From: Candidatus Bathyarchaeota archaeon
GTDB taxonomy: Archaea > Thermoproteota > Bathyarchaeia > Bathyarchaeales > Bathycorpusculaceae
NCBI GenBank assembly: GCA_963707955.1
Contig: OY970176.1
Span: 1 to 64,000, forward strand
DNA: 64,000 nucleotides
Direction of reading: 5' to 3'
Numbering within the stretch: position 1 is the stretch's first letter; the number at the start of each line of letters is the position of its first letter. Shown piece after piece: positions 1-10,179 of the stretch. Position numbers and translations under genes: made by a program. The notes under the pieces were generated by a model. It searched no databases. It was not told where the DNA came from and was given only the letters and a program-made list of their open reading frames with translations.

Positions 1-1
1 G

Positions 2-814
2 TTGACACTCAACGATGTTATGAACTTGAGTTTCCATGATATTTTACAGTTGCATAATTTCTGGAACAATTTTGTAAACGCATATTTTCCCAAGACGATG
101 ATACGATCCTGGGCCAACGTTCCTTCAGTAAAGCACATCATCACACTGAGCAAACGCATGGCTCACAGATTGGTCAGCTTTGGCATTGACGACCAGAAGG
201 TCACCTGCATACCCTCAGGCGTGGATGTTGATGTTTTCAGACCATCAAGGGAATCATTCGAGGATGACAGTAGTATTCTCTATTTTGGACCACTTTCTAG
301 TTTCCGAGGGATTGATGTTCTGCTTGCGGCCTACGCCGAAATTCGAAAGAGGTTTACGCCAGCTCGGTTGGTGATCTTAGCACGGGGTGCGAAGCCTGAT
401 AACAATTGGCTCAAGAAAACCGAATCCGTGGCAAATCTAGAGATTGTTTGGGGAACGCTCAGCCAAGAAGAGGTTATCAGACATGTGCAGAGATCTTCTG
501 TTGTTGCGTTGCCCTTCAAGTTTTGGCCTCAGATCGAGTGTCCATCAACGATTCTGGAGGCAATGTCGATGGGAAAAGCGGTGGTTACAACTTCTATAGG
601 AGGGGTTCAAGAAATGGTCCAAAACGGCGAAAACGGGCTGGTAATTCCTCCTAACGATTCAAAGAGACTTGCCAATGTGATCTTGGGCCTTCTGAATAGA
701 CCTGATGTGCGTGATAAACTTGGGAAAAGAGCCCGCCAACACGTTGAGCAATTCTATGATTGGCGAATAATCACAGGAGATACGATGAAGGTTTTGTCAA
801 AATATGCCGAATGA
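2..814 (+). CDS. Glycosyltransferase family 4 (GT-B), 5'-partial
   Basis: C-terminal GT4 motifs ECPSTILEAMSMGKAVVTTSIGG and ENGLVIPP; probably runs off the left edge. Confidence 0.9.
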   Translation: MTLNDVMNLSFHDILQLHNFWNNFVNAYFPKTMIRSWANVPSVKHIITLSKRMAHRLVSFGIDDQKVTCIPSGVDVDVFRPSRESFEDDSSILYFGPLSSFRGIDVLLAAYAEIRKRFTPARLVILARGAKPDNNWLKKTESVANLEIVWGTLSQEEVIRHVQRSSVVALPFKFWPQIECPSTILEAMSMGKAVVTTSIGGVQEMVQNGENGLVIPPNDSKRLANVILGLLNRPDVRDKLGKRARQHVEQFYDWRIITGDTMKVLSKYAE

Positions 815-826
815 TGGGATAACCAT

Positions 827-1765
827 TTGGAGAAGCCTCTAGTTACCATTGGTATTCCAGTTAGGAATTGCGAAAAAACCATTGGCGAGACTTTGGATAG
901 CATTCTCAATCAGGACTATCCGATGGATCAAATGGAATTAATCGTTGTTGACGATGGCTGCACAGATAAAACGATTCCGCTAATTCAGGGCAAACTTAAA
1001 TTTTCAAAACTCAGGAGCAGAATTTTTACTACCGGCGGTAAGGGACTGAGCGAATCTAGGCAGATAATTGTGGAAAACGCTCATGGCAAGTACGTTGCCT
1101 GGATCGACGGGGACATAACGCTATTTCCTGATTTCCTTTCCGTCCAAGTAGGCTTCATGGAAAGAAATCCACAAGTCTGGCAGGCAAGAGGAAGGTGGGA
1201 GCCGCATAAAGCAGAGAATTTGGCTGAGGAACTGGAAAACATGACACTTTTTCGATACGAGTCGAAACACAGTGGCAGAGGTCACGCGAGCCAAAAACTG
1301 GTAGGCATAGGTGGGTCAGTTTGCCGGACGGAGCCGTTGAGGAATTCAGGAGGATTTGACAGGGCCATCTTCGGTGCAGGAGAAGACATAGATGTTGGGG
1401 CCACGATGATGGAGAAAGGTTGGCTCATGAGCTTCACGATGGCAAGATTCTATCACAAATCTGGCACTACTTGGAGGATTCTGTGGAGAAGGTACTTCTG
1501 GTATGGTTATGGAAGCCATTACGTCAAACATAAACACGAAGGTCTTATTCATGTTTGGACTAGGACAGCTCCTGTCGCTTTTTTCTCTGGGTTTTTGCAG
1601 GCCAAAAGAGTCAACGAAGTGGCTCACCACAAGAAATCGTTGCTCCTTCCAATACAGTATGTATACAAACAAACTGCTTGGTGTCTTGGCTTTGTCCATG
1701 GTCATCTAGACGGATATGGTCATAGTAGAAAGCAAAACGCAAAAGCAAATCACAAGAAAACGTGA
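827..1765 (+). CDS. Glycosyltransferase family 2
   Basis: VTIGIPVRN, VVDDGCTD, DxD (WIDGD), GEDID. Confidence 0.92.
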   Translation: MEKPLVTIGIPVRNCEKTIGETLDSILNQDYPMDQMELIVVDDGCTDKTIPLIQGKLKFSKLRSRIFTTGGKGLSESRQIIVENAHGKYVAWIDGDITLFPDFLSVQVGFMERNPQVWQARGRWEPHKAENLAEELENMTLFRYESKHSGRGHASQKLVGIGGSVCRTEPLRNSGGFDRAIFGAGEDIDVGATMMEKGWLMSFTMARFYHKSGTTWRILWRRYFWYGYGSHYVKHKHEGLIHVWTRTAPVAFFSGFLQAKRVNEVAHHKKSLLLPIQYVYKQTAWCLGFVHGHLDGYGHSRKQNAKANHKKT

Positions 1766-2580
1766 GAATAATGTTGAAACCCTTCATAATGACCGTTGAC
1801 ATGGATCCTCCGCCATGGTCAGCTCCTAACCTAGATATTGAAAAGGGAACGACTGACATTTTGAGATTGTTTCAGGCGCATGGTGTTCACGCAACATTTT
1901 TTGTACCGGCAAGTGTTGCATTGGCGTTTCCTGAACTGATTCAAAAAATAAAAGGCGAGGGGCATGAGATAGCGTGCCACGGTCTTAAGCACGATGCAAA
2001 CGAGGCCATTTCAAGTCTTGATGAGCAGTGCCATACTATAAGAAACGCTACAAATATTATTGAGAGTATCGCAGGTTCTAAACCGATCGGATTCCGAGCG
2101 CCGCTCTTCCGGTCAAACGCAAATTGTCGAACAGCTCTGAGACAAAACAACTATGTCTACGACTCTTCCATGGTCTGCTCACCATTCTTCGGAAATCCCA
2201 AAATTCGTCTACTCTCAAAGCCTTTTTTCTTCCCTTGTTCCAATCACCATGCAGAGTGCAACTTGCTTGAAATCCCAGTCTCTGTAAATCCCTTTCTGCC
2301 TTTTCCGTTGGGCGGCGCCTACTTACGGATTCTTGGCTCCAGATGGGCAAGGATGGGAATCAGAACCAACCTAACGTTCAATGCTCCAATAGTGTTCTAT
2401 GTTCATCCTAAAGATGTGATCCACATAATCGGTGGTCCTTATTGGTATTCATCCAGAAATACGGCCAACTGCATGAAAGGGTTAGAGGACATAATTCTGT
2501 ATGGCAAGAGAACCGGGGCAAAATTCATGAAGGCCCAAGAGCTTGCAGAGCTCCATATCGGCACAAGTACGAATGCGTAA
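1762..2580 (+). CDS. Polysaccharide deacetylase (NodB-like)
   Basis: TVDMD, ATFF, HEIACHGLKH, GFRAP, YDSS, FYVHP motifs. Confidence 0.88.
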   Translation: MRIMLKPFIMTVDMDPPPWSAPNLDIEKGTTDILRLFQAHGVHATFFVPASVALAFPELIQKIKGEGHEIACHGLKHDANEAISSLDEQCHTIRNATNIIESIAGSKPIGFRAPLFRSNANCRTALRQNNYVYDSSMVCSPFFGNPKIRLLSKPFFFPCSNHHAECNLLEIPVSVNPFLPFPLGGAYLRILGSRWARMGIRTNLTFNAPIVFYVHPKDVIHIIGGPYWYSSRNTANCMKGLEDIILYGKRTGAKFMKAQELAELHIGTSTNA

Positions 2581-2659
2581 TGATTTCTTCTATCGCCTGG
2601 CCACCCATGCACCGAGTTCGTTTATATTTTTATTTTCTTGGCATTAATGATTCGAGATT

Positions 2660-4798
2660 GTGAGGAGAAATGATCCGGTGAAGTCGAACACTGCCAAGGT
2701 TAGCGTAGACTTGGCGATAATCCTGTTGGTTCAGGCAACTTTCTTGTTGGCGACGTTCTTCAACTTAATGCTCCTAAGACAGTTGCTAGGACTCGTGTTG
2801 CTAACCTTTGTTTCCGGATTTTTGATTGTTCGATTGATGAAATTGGATCGACTTGGGCTTGCAGCCACGGTCCTGTTGTCTGTTGGTCTAAGTGTATCTT
2901 TTGACATGTTTCTTGGGCTTTTAGCGAATTTCTTGCTTCCCCTTGCTGGAATAAACAGACCATTGGATGAGTTCCCCGTTCTGGTAGTTTTCAACCTTTC
3001 ATTCGTCCTCCTGATCCTTCTTGCAACCCAACTGCGTGAGAGGAAGCTGAGGTTTGATACAAAAGGCATTTTCTCGCTGCCTGCCTTTCTGTTTGCTGTT
3101 TTCTTACCAGCATTAGGCATCGCCGGTTCCTTCTACGCCGCCGTGTCAAATAATGGTTCACTCTTGCTGGCTTTAGACCTTGCAATCATCATTGTCCTCG
3201 GCCTGAGTGTTCTTCTCAGATCAAAAGTCTCCAGATTCTTTGCTTTGATCGTTATAGTCATAGCTGTAGCTCTTCTATTCCGTGGGTTTTTCATCAGTCA
3301 CTACTTCTGGGGAGCTGACGAGTTTGACGAATACTACGTTTTCAGGCATGTGAACAGCAGCGGTTACTGGAATCAGGGTCTCAACTGGTCACAGGATATC
3401 GAATTATTGAAGGCTAACAGTATGTTAAGCGTAACAATCTTGCCACAAGTATACTCGCAAGTATTGGGGATCGACCTAACTTGGACTTTCAAGCTTCTGT
3501 ATCCTTTGATTGCAGTCTTCATTATTTTGGCATTATACAGTCTGTACTGTACGCAAATAAGCAAAACAGAGGCTCTTCTAAGTGTCTTCTTTTTTGTGAC
3601 GGTGGCTGTGGGTCTGGGGGGAAACGTCCTAGGTCCTGACAAGCAAACAGTTGCCATGTTATTCTATGTGCTGATATTCTTCTTGTTCTTCAACAAAGAA
3701 TTGGTTTCTTGGGAGAAGAATATCCTGCTCGTAATATTTGGCGCGTCTATCGTTGTTTCACATTACTCGCTTTCTTACATACTCATTTTCCTGATTTTCT
3801 TGGTGTGGTTCGCATCGTTCATGTTGAAGAAACCCAGCAGAAGAATATCTCTAGCCATATGTGTTCTGTTCTTGGCTCTGGCGTTTTCATGGTACATATT
3901 CGTTTCAGGTTCAGGACCATTTAATAATCTTGTGAGAGTTACGAACAACGTATATTCGAATTTTGCAACGGATTTCTTCAATCCAAGTTCCAGAAGTTCT
4001 ACAGTTTTGGCGGGGATTGGTTTACAGTCTGCTGTGTCCTCTCTCCATCAAATCGGAAGATATGTTTTCTACGCTACGGAAGCTCTTATAGTTCTTGGTT
4101 TCTTCAAGCTCTTCGTTCAAAGAAAGAAACTCAAGTTTGACACAGAATTCATGGCGCTGATTTTTTTCAATCTTGCTATTCTCGTCATGACTATTGTCGT
4201 GCCAATGTTAGCCGCTTCTTTTACTGAGGGAAGATTCTACGAGATTACCGTTCTGTTTTTGTCTCCCATGGCCATCTTGGGCATTAAGGCGGTTTCCGAC
4301 ATTGGACAGAAACTGTGGCGGAAATCGACCTTTCTAGCTCTAGCCTTGATTGTTCTCATTGTCTTTTTCATGTTTCAATCAGAATTTGTCTATGCAATAA
4401 CTGGAGACATGACTTACACTGTAGAAATGAGTATGTACCATCCTAACATTCTTTCGCTGTTCGGTCAGTTTGTGTGGCAGAGCGAAGTCGTGGGTGGGCA
4501 ATGGATCGCCCACTACATGGCTATCAATGAAAAATCTACAGTATATAGTGATGTATTTTCAGACGGTGATGTTTTGACAGCATTTTGCTCTCTAGACAGA
4601 GGAAGCGTCCAAATATTATCTAACACAACTCAAAGCCTGCAATCTGGGTCATTAATCTATTTGGGAAGGATGAACATTGATCTTGGGATCATGGCTGGGC
4701 AGTTCTACAATTATAAAACGACTGACATCTCGACCTTGCTCAATAGCACTGACAGTGTATATTCTAATGGTTATTGTGAAATCTATCAAACTCCATGA
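2660..4798 (+). CDS. Polytopic membrane protein, DUF2206-like (archaeal glycosylation-cluster protein)
   Basis: Many TM helices, WGADEFDEYYVF and SHYS motifs, soluble C-terminal domain, GT-cluster context. Confidence 0.65.
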   Translation: MRRNDPVKSNTAKVSVDLAIILLVQATFLLATFFNLMLLRQLLGLVLLTFVSGFLIVRLMKLDRLGLAATVLLSVGLSVSFDMFLGLLANFLLPLAGINRPLDEFPVLVVFNLSFVLLILLATQLRERKLRFDTKGIFSLPAFLFAVFLPALGIAGSFYAAVSNNGSLLLALDLAIIIVLGLSVLLRSKVSRFFALIVIVIAVALLFRGFFISHYFWGADEFDEYYVFRHVNSSGYWNQGLNWSQDIELLKANSMLSVTILPQVYSQVLGIDLTWTFKLLYPLIAVFIILALYSLYCTQISKTEALLSVFFFVTVAVGLGGNVLGPDKQTVAMLFYVLIFFLFFNKELVSWEKNILLVIFGASIVVSHYSLSYILIFLIFLVWFASFMLKKPSRRISLAICVLFLALAFSWYIFVSGSGPFNNLVRVTNNVYSNFATDFFNPSSRSSTVLAGIGLQSAVSSLHQIGRYVFYATEALIVLGFFKLFVQRKKLKFDTEFMALIFFNLAILVMTIVVPMLAASFTEGRFYEITVLFLSPMAILGIKAVSDIGQKLWRKSTFLALALIVLIVFFMFQSEFVYAITGDMTYTVEMSMYHPNILSLFGQFVWQSEVVGGQWIAHYMAINEKSTVYSDVFSDGDVLTAFCSLDRGSVQILSNTTQSLQSGSLIYLGRMNIDLGIMAGQFYNYKTTDISTLLNSTDSVYSNGYCEIYQTP

Positions 4799-4933
4799 CC
4801 ATATCGCGTAGTATATCTGCCTTTTCTAAAATCATTTTGGCTTGTGCGTTGAATTGCCCCTTGTGCTTACGTGTCCCATTATGTTACAGGCCAATGTTCA
4901 AAGGTCAAATGCAAAAAGCAATGGGTGGAGACG

Positions 4934-5920
4934 ATGAAATCCGTTAATATTGGAATAATAGGACTTGGCGGAATGGGAAAGAGGCATCTTCAAAATTGCC
5001 AATATCTCAAAGATGCCAAGTTGGTCGCCGTTGCCGATCCTTCAAAACAAGCACGTTCAATGGCTGAAAGGGCCGGGGTCAAGTACGTATACAGCGACTA
5101 CCTAAAACTCTTGGAAAATGAGCAAGTAGATTGCGTGATTGTTTCCGTTCCCACTTTTCTCCATGCCGAGTGTTCTGTTGCTGCTGCTGAACATGGGAAA
5201 GGCATACTGCTTGAAAAACCCATTGCTGGAAACGTTACTGATGGCAGGGAAATTATAATTAAAGCTCGGAAAAACTCTGTAAAAGTGATGATGGGTTACC
5301 CACTCAGATTTTCTCCAGAATTCCGGCAGCTCAGAACAAGTGTTCGCTCTGGCGTTTTAGGAGATGTGATCGTTGCAAATGCAGTGAACGTAAGTAGTGG
5401 CCCTTTTGCATATGTCACTGATCAGGCAATACCGAAACCTGTATCCTCGTGGTGGCTTGAGCGGAATTTGTCTGGAGGCGGAGCGCTCCTCGATTTGGGT
5501 TGCCACATGATAAATCTTCTACGGTGGTATTTTGGGGATGACGTAACGATTACGAGGGCGGTACTTCAACATAGATTCCACCTGGATGTTGAAGACTTTG
5601 CCATTGTCTTTTTGTCTTTTAGAAACGGCCCAGTTGCCACGATCGAATCAGGATGGTTTTCGCTTTCCTCAGACTTGGAGATCGAGCTTTTTGGAACGGC
5701 AGGGATCGAAAGGGCGAGAGGAAGAGAGATTTCGACAGCTATGAGGGTAATGAACATCCTTAAAAAGAAGCCACCGAGTTGGAACCGAGTCTTTTTTGAT
5801 GAACTGGTTTACTTCACAGACTGTGTGCGAAAGGACATTGCACCTTCTCCTTCCTGTGAAGATGGACTGAAAGACTTAGAAGTCATATCATTAGCATACA
5901 AAAATCAAGAAGTCCTCTGA
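4934..5920 (+). CDS. Gfo/Idh/MocA family oxidoreductase
   Basis: GIIGLGGMG, EKP, GGGALLDLGCH; start moved to ATG 4934 after GGTGGAG. Confidence 0.9.
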   Translation: MKSVNIGIIGLGGMGKRHLQNCQYLKDAKLVAVADPSKQARSMAERAGVKYVYSDYLKLLENEQVDCVIVSVPTFLHAECSVAAAEHGKGILLEKPIAGNVTDGREIIIKARKNSVKVMMGYPLRFSPEFRQLRTSVRSGVLGDVIVANAVNVSSGPFAYVTDQAIPKPVSSWWLERNLSGGGALLDLGCHMINLLRWYFGDDVTITRAVLQHRFHLDVEDFAIVFLSFRNGPVATIESGWFSLSSDLEIELFGTAGIERARGREISTAMRVMNILKKKPPSWNRVFFDELVYFTDCVRKDIAPSPSCEDGLKDLEVISLAYKNQEVL

Positions 5921-5929
5921 GGAAGAACA

Positions 5930-6814
5930 ATGAGTTTGGTCAGTTTGATTAAAGCTAATGGCGATATTGAGGGTCCAAAGAAAGCGATAGAGAAGGCCAT
6001 TGAAAGAATACACTTCAAAATAAACTCCGAAGCCAAGAGTATTGTGATAAAACCAAACTTGTGCTACTATTGGGATTATTCAACGGGTCACACAACAGAT
6101 CCTCGTTTTGTTGCGACGCTGATTGATGTTCTCAGAAAACGAATTCCGGACGCGGAAGTTTCAGTTGCTGAGGCGGATGCTTCATCGATGAAGTGTAGAT
6201 GTGCTTATAAAATACTCGGGTACGAAAAAATGGCTAAGGAAAAAGAAATAGAATTGGTAAATTTAACAGAAGATGAAACTGTAGAATCAAAAACTAAGGT
6301 TAACAATCAGGAATACAAGTTTCGAATCCCGAAAACAGTGGTGAATGCAGACATTTTCATCAATGTTCCCAAAATAAAATACATGAGCGGCACGTTGATG
6401 ACCTGTTGTCTGAAGAACGTTTTTGGTTGCAACCCGTTTCCTAAGAAGTTCCGATATCATTCCAAACTAAATGAAGTGATAGTGGCACTGAACAAGCTTA
6501 TGCCCAGCGACATTTGCATAATTGATGGAATGGTAGTAAGCGGCAGACATCCACTAAGACTTGGTCTTGTTATGGCAAGCACCGATCCTGTGGCATTGGA
6601 TGCAGTCGCGGCAAGAATTCTAGGCTTCGATCCCAAGAAGATAAAACATATTGTCTTGGCAGAAAAAGAGGGAGTAGGAAAAATGCGGTCTACGCTGGTA
6701 GGCGATAGGCTTCAGTATTTCACAGAGCGATTTCCCCGAAAAACAGCATCAGACAAAATTCAAGTTAGCCTTGTAAGGCCAATGTTCGCCCTTTATAAGA
6801 AAATGGTAGAATAA
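5930..6814 (+). CDS. DUF362 family protein
   Basis: IVIKPNL, TTDP, INVPKIK, LKNVFGC, DPVALD. Confidence 0.8.
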   Translation: MSLVSLIKANGDIEGPKKAIEKAIERIHFKINSEAKSIVIKPNLCYYWDYSTGHTTDPRFVATLIDVLRKRIPDAEVSVAEADASSMKCRCAYKILGYEKMAKEKEIELVNLTEDETVESKTKVNNQEYKFRIPKTVVNADIFINVPKIKYMSGTLMTCCLKNVFGCNPFPKKFRYHSKLNEVIVALNKLMPSDICIIDGMVVSGRHPLRLGLVMASTDPVALDAVAARILGFDPKKIKHIVLAEKEGVGKMRSTLVGDRLQYFTERFPRKTASDKIQVSLVRPMFALYKKMVE

Positions 6815-6833
6815 CGTTTTTGTTTATGACATT

Positions 6834-7721
6834 TTGATCTCACGCACGCGAACGAAAGGGCGAAAATACCATAATTGTAAATGCCAGGTCGTGAAACATC
6901 TGTCCCAGAACATTGAAGTCAAAAGAGCTAATATAGAACTACACAATGAGACTGCTGAGTTTTTTGAGGAAAAAAATCTGGAACTGTTTAACACGTTTGA
7001 GCAACGCAACCTTGACAGAAGACTCAGAACAGCAGATAAGACCTGTTCCAAACGTAAATTCTGCTGTGATCTCGCTTGTGGCACAGGGAACCTGATCGCA
7101 AGACAGATACCCGAGTTTGAACAGGTCATTGGTTTGGACATATCGAGGGGAATGATATCGATCTGCAAATCAAAGGGCTTGGGAAAAAAAGCCAACTTTC
7201 TGATAGGCGACGTAGAGAAACTGCCGTTTCAGGAAGGGACATTTGACATTGTGACAATGCATGCCGCGCTTCACCACGTGCCTTCACGACCAAGATCTTT
7301 TCGCCAAATATACAGAGTACTATCCAAGAAAGGCATAATGTACATTGATCATGAGCCGAATTCGAGGCGATTTAGAAGAGGTCTTGAGAAACCTAAGAGA
7401 GTTCTTGATTTCATCGCTGGCTTACGCATAAGAAAGAGCAAAACAAGGGCGACACGGTCAAACGCTCAAGTTCTGTTTCCTTCAAAGTATCGAATAGCAG
7501 ATATACATCAAGAGGAGGGTTTCTATTCTCTGGAGGCTAGGAGAGAACTTGAAGCGATAGGATTTTCTGCAATCAAAATCACATATCACAACGTTTTTTC
7601 GATGTACTTTTTCCGATTGCCCACTCCTCTCAACATGCTATCTGTAATGGATAATATACTCGAAAGAGTTCCGGTGGTCAGGAACCTGTCTTCACACGTA
7701 TGTATCTGGGCAAAAAAATAA
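6834..7721 (+). CDS. Class I SAM-dependent methyltransferase (true start may be GTG 6891)
   Basis: DLACGTG, GLDIS, GDVEKLPF, ALHH. Confidence 0.88.
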   Translation: MISRTRTKGRKYHNCKCQVVKHLSQNIEVKRANIELHNETAEFFEEKNLELFNTFEQRNLDRRLRTADKTCSKRKFCCDLACGTGNLIARQIPEFEQVIGLDISRGMISICKSKGLGKKANFLIGDVEKLPFQEGTFDIVTMHAALHHVPSRPRSFRQIYRVLSKKGIMYIDHEPNSRRFRRGLEKPKRVLDFIAGLRIRKSKTRATRSNAQVLFPSKYRIADIHQEEGFYSLEARRELEAIGFSAIKITYHNVFSMYFFRLPTPLNMLSVMDNILERVPVVRNLSSHVCIWAKK

Positions 7722-7759
7722 GAAGATGCTCTGATAACTGAGCTGGAAGAAGTGGTTGT

Positions 7760-8749
7760 ATGAAAATTGGACTCATAGGTTGTGGAGGAATCGCTTCTTG
7801 GCACGCCAAAGTATACAGGCTTATCGAGAATGCAACAATCGTAGCCGTCTGTGACAAGGACGTTAAAAAGGCAAGAGTTTTCGCAAATGAGCACAAGATA
7901 GAAAAAACCTTTGAAAGCCATTTAGATCTTCTTGAAATTAAAGACCTTGATTTCGTCGACGTATGCACTCCCACTTCAACGCATGCTTCTATTACAGTTG
8001 ACGCAGTGAAATCGGGAATCAATGTGTTGTCAGAAAAGCCCATGGCGTTGAAAAGCGAACAATGCGATCAGATTATATCCGAAACGAAAAAACACAAAGC
8101 CAAGGTTTGCGTATGCCACAACCAAATCTTCTTTCCCGTGGTCAAGAGAATCAAGTCGATGATTGACGACAATCGAGCAGAACTGGTGTCATTCAAAACA
8201 TTCATTAAAGAAAACGGTGAACTGTTACCCTCTTGGACTACCACGGCGTCCGAGGGAGGAATCTTGTGGGAAGCAGGCTATCACTTGGCTTATCTCCAAC
8301 TGTTTTTCTTGAGAAATATAACCAGCGTTTTTGCAATCGGGAACAAAGTGAAGTATCCTGTGTACGATGATTTCTGTGTTCTCTTGAAAACACCCTCTAG
8401 GTCTTACGGAATAATGGAGATATCCTGGCTGCCCAAGAAAGAAGAAATATTCTACGAAGTCGACACCGCAGACGGAAGACGGTATCAGATGAACAGAGCC
8501 GATGATCATTTATTGGACGTTCCAGTCGATGTTGCAGAATTAGCTTGGAGTCGCGCGAAGTTTCGGCTCTCAAGGAAAAAACTGCGATACTTCCGAGGTC
8601 ACTTCTACCTTTTTACAAGGTTCATGGACGCATTGAAGAATGATTTGCCATCACCCATACCGCCCGAAGATGGTAAGAAAACCATCCAACTGCTTGAAAG
8701 CATTCAAAAGTCTCTAGAAAGACAAGAAATTGTACAGGTTTTAAGTTGA
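7760..8749 (+). CDS. Gfo/Idh/MocA family oxidoreductase
   Basis: IGLIGCGGIA, CTPTSTH, EKPMA, GGILWEAGYH. Confidence 0.9.
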   Translation: MKIGLIGCGGIASWHAKVYRLIENATIVAVCDKDVKKARVFANEHKIEKTFESHLDLLEIKDLDFVDVCTPTSTHASITVDAVKSGINVLSEKPMALKSEQCDQIISETKKHKAKVCVCHNQIFFPVVKRIKSMIDDNRAELVSFKTFIKENGELLPSWTTTASEGGILWEAGYHLAYLQLFFLRNITSVFAIGNKVKYPVYDDFCVLLKTPSRSYGIMEISWLPKKEEIFYEVDTADGRRYQMNRADDHLLDVPVDVAELAWSRAKFRLSRKKLRYFRGHFYLFTRFMDALKNDLPSPIPPEDGKKTIQLLESIQKSLERQEIVQVLS

Positions 8750-8983
8750 ATTAGAACGTAGCGCGGAGTCTTAATGGGACTGGGTGCTATGTACTGTTGA
8801 AGCACATTTGTTTGTGAAGTTGGTGTTCATGGCTCGGCGAAAAGCAAGTCCCTTAATCTCATTTATCGCATTCCTTTGCCTTCTTAAAGAAGAAAGTCGG
8901 CGGGCGGGCCGCAGTTTTCTTTCTTCTGTTTGGTTTTCTTTCGGGAATCCACATTCATACGGCGATGTAGTAGAGTTCTCAAG

Positions 8984-10114
8984 GTGTTAGGGTTGCGAGT
9001 TGGTGTTTTTTGTCCTACGTTGAATGTTTACGGCGGAGGAGAATTTGTAACAGTAGTTATTGCAAACACATTAGCTCAAAACAATTATGACGTCATTCTC
9101 TTCATAAATGAAGAAATAAATCAGCGGGAAATCGAAAAATTCTTTGGGAAGAGTCTCGATCCTTCCATAAAAGCCATCGTTAAACCCTCAAGAGTCCAGC
9201 AGAGAGGACTGCTGGATTTTTATCAAACCATTTTCCGCTCCTACATTTTCAAATCAAAATGCGATATATGGATAGACTCGTATTCAAACTGCGTTTTCCC
9301 ATGGACCAACGTAACCTACATCCATTTCCCCTTTCTGAACCACTACTATTACAGACCAGGGTTTCCATATTTGAAAAGCGGAAGCATGCGTGCGCTCGGC
9401 GGTTTGCCATACTCTCTTTTCGAGAAGAACTTCGCTAACTATAACGGGAAGCTCATACTCGCTAACAGCCACTATACGGCAGATGAAATAGGAAGATTTT
9501 CTGGAAAAAAGGCAGAAGTATTATACCCGCCAGTGCCCTCCATCATCTTCAACAGCAATCCAGAAACCCTGACAAAGAACCAACGAAAAAACCTTGTAGT
9601 CACAATATCCCGTTTCGGACCTGACAAGGGATTAGAAAAAATTCCCCACATAGCCTCACTGACAGACGCCGGCATTGAATTTGCAATAATAGGCCGAGTA
9701 CACTACCGGGACACGCTACTTTCGTTGCAAAAACTCACCGAGAAACTCGGTCTAAAAGACAGAGTGAAGTTTTTCCCAGACGCATCAAGAATGGAAATGA
9801 AACAAATACTTAAAAAAGCAAAAATATATCTGCACACTATGATTGGCGAACATTTCGGAATTTCGATAGTTGAAGCCATGGCTATGGGATGCATACCCAT
9901 CATTCACGATTCTGGAGGAGCAAAAGAGTTTGTTCCCAAAGATTTTAGGTATAGGACTGTCCATGAAGCAGCAGAAAAAATCACAAAAGAGATTTATGAA
10001 TGGTCCTCTGAGAAAGCCATAAAAACCGTAAAAATCGCAGAGAAATTCAGAGAAGAAAACTTCTCGAGCGAATTCATGAAACTCTTCAAGCGGTATGCAG
10101 AAAAAATCTTCTAA
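8984..10114 (+). CDS. Glycosyltransferase family 4 (ALG11-like)
   Basis: GGGE, YIHFP, ANSHYT, EHFGISIVEAMAMG, HDSGG; start estimated at GTG 8984. Confidence 0.88.
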   Translation: MLGLRVGVFCPTLNVYGGGEFVTVVIANTLAQNNYDVILFINEEINQREIEKFFGKSLDPSIKAIVKPSRVQQRGLLDFYQTIFRSYIFKSKCDIWIDSYSNCVFPWTNVTYIHFPFLNHYYYRPGFPYLKSGSMRALGGLPYSLFEKNFANYNGKLILANSHYTADEIGRFSGKKAEVLYPPVPSIIFNSNPETLTKNQRKNLVVTISRFGPDKGLEKIPHIASLTDAGIEFAIIGRVHYRDTLLSLQKLTEKLGLKDRVKFFPDASRMEMKQILKKAKIYLHTMIGEHFGISIVEAMAMGCIPIIHDSGGAKEFVPKDFRYRTVHEAAEKITKEIYEWSSEKAIKTVKIAEKFREENFSSEFMKLFKRYAEKIF

Positions 10115-10179
10115 ATCCAAACGAGAAGACGCGCGCGTATATTGAATCACTTTAATGATGAGATGAGGCGAAATGGAGC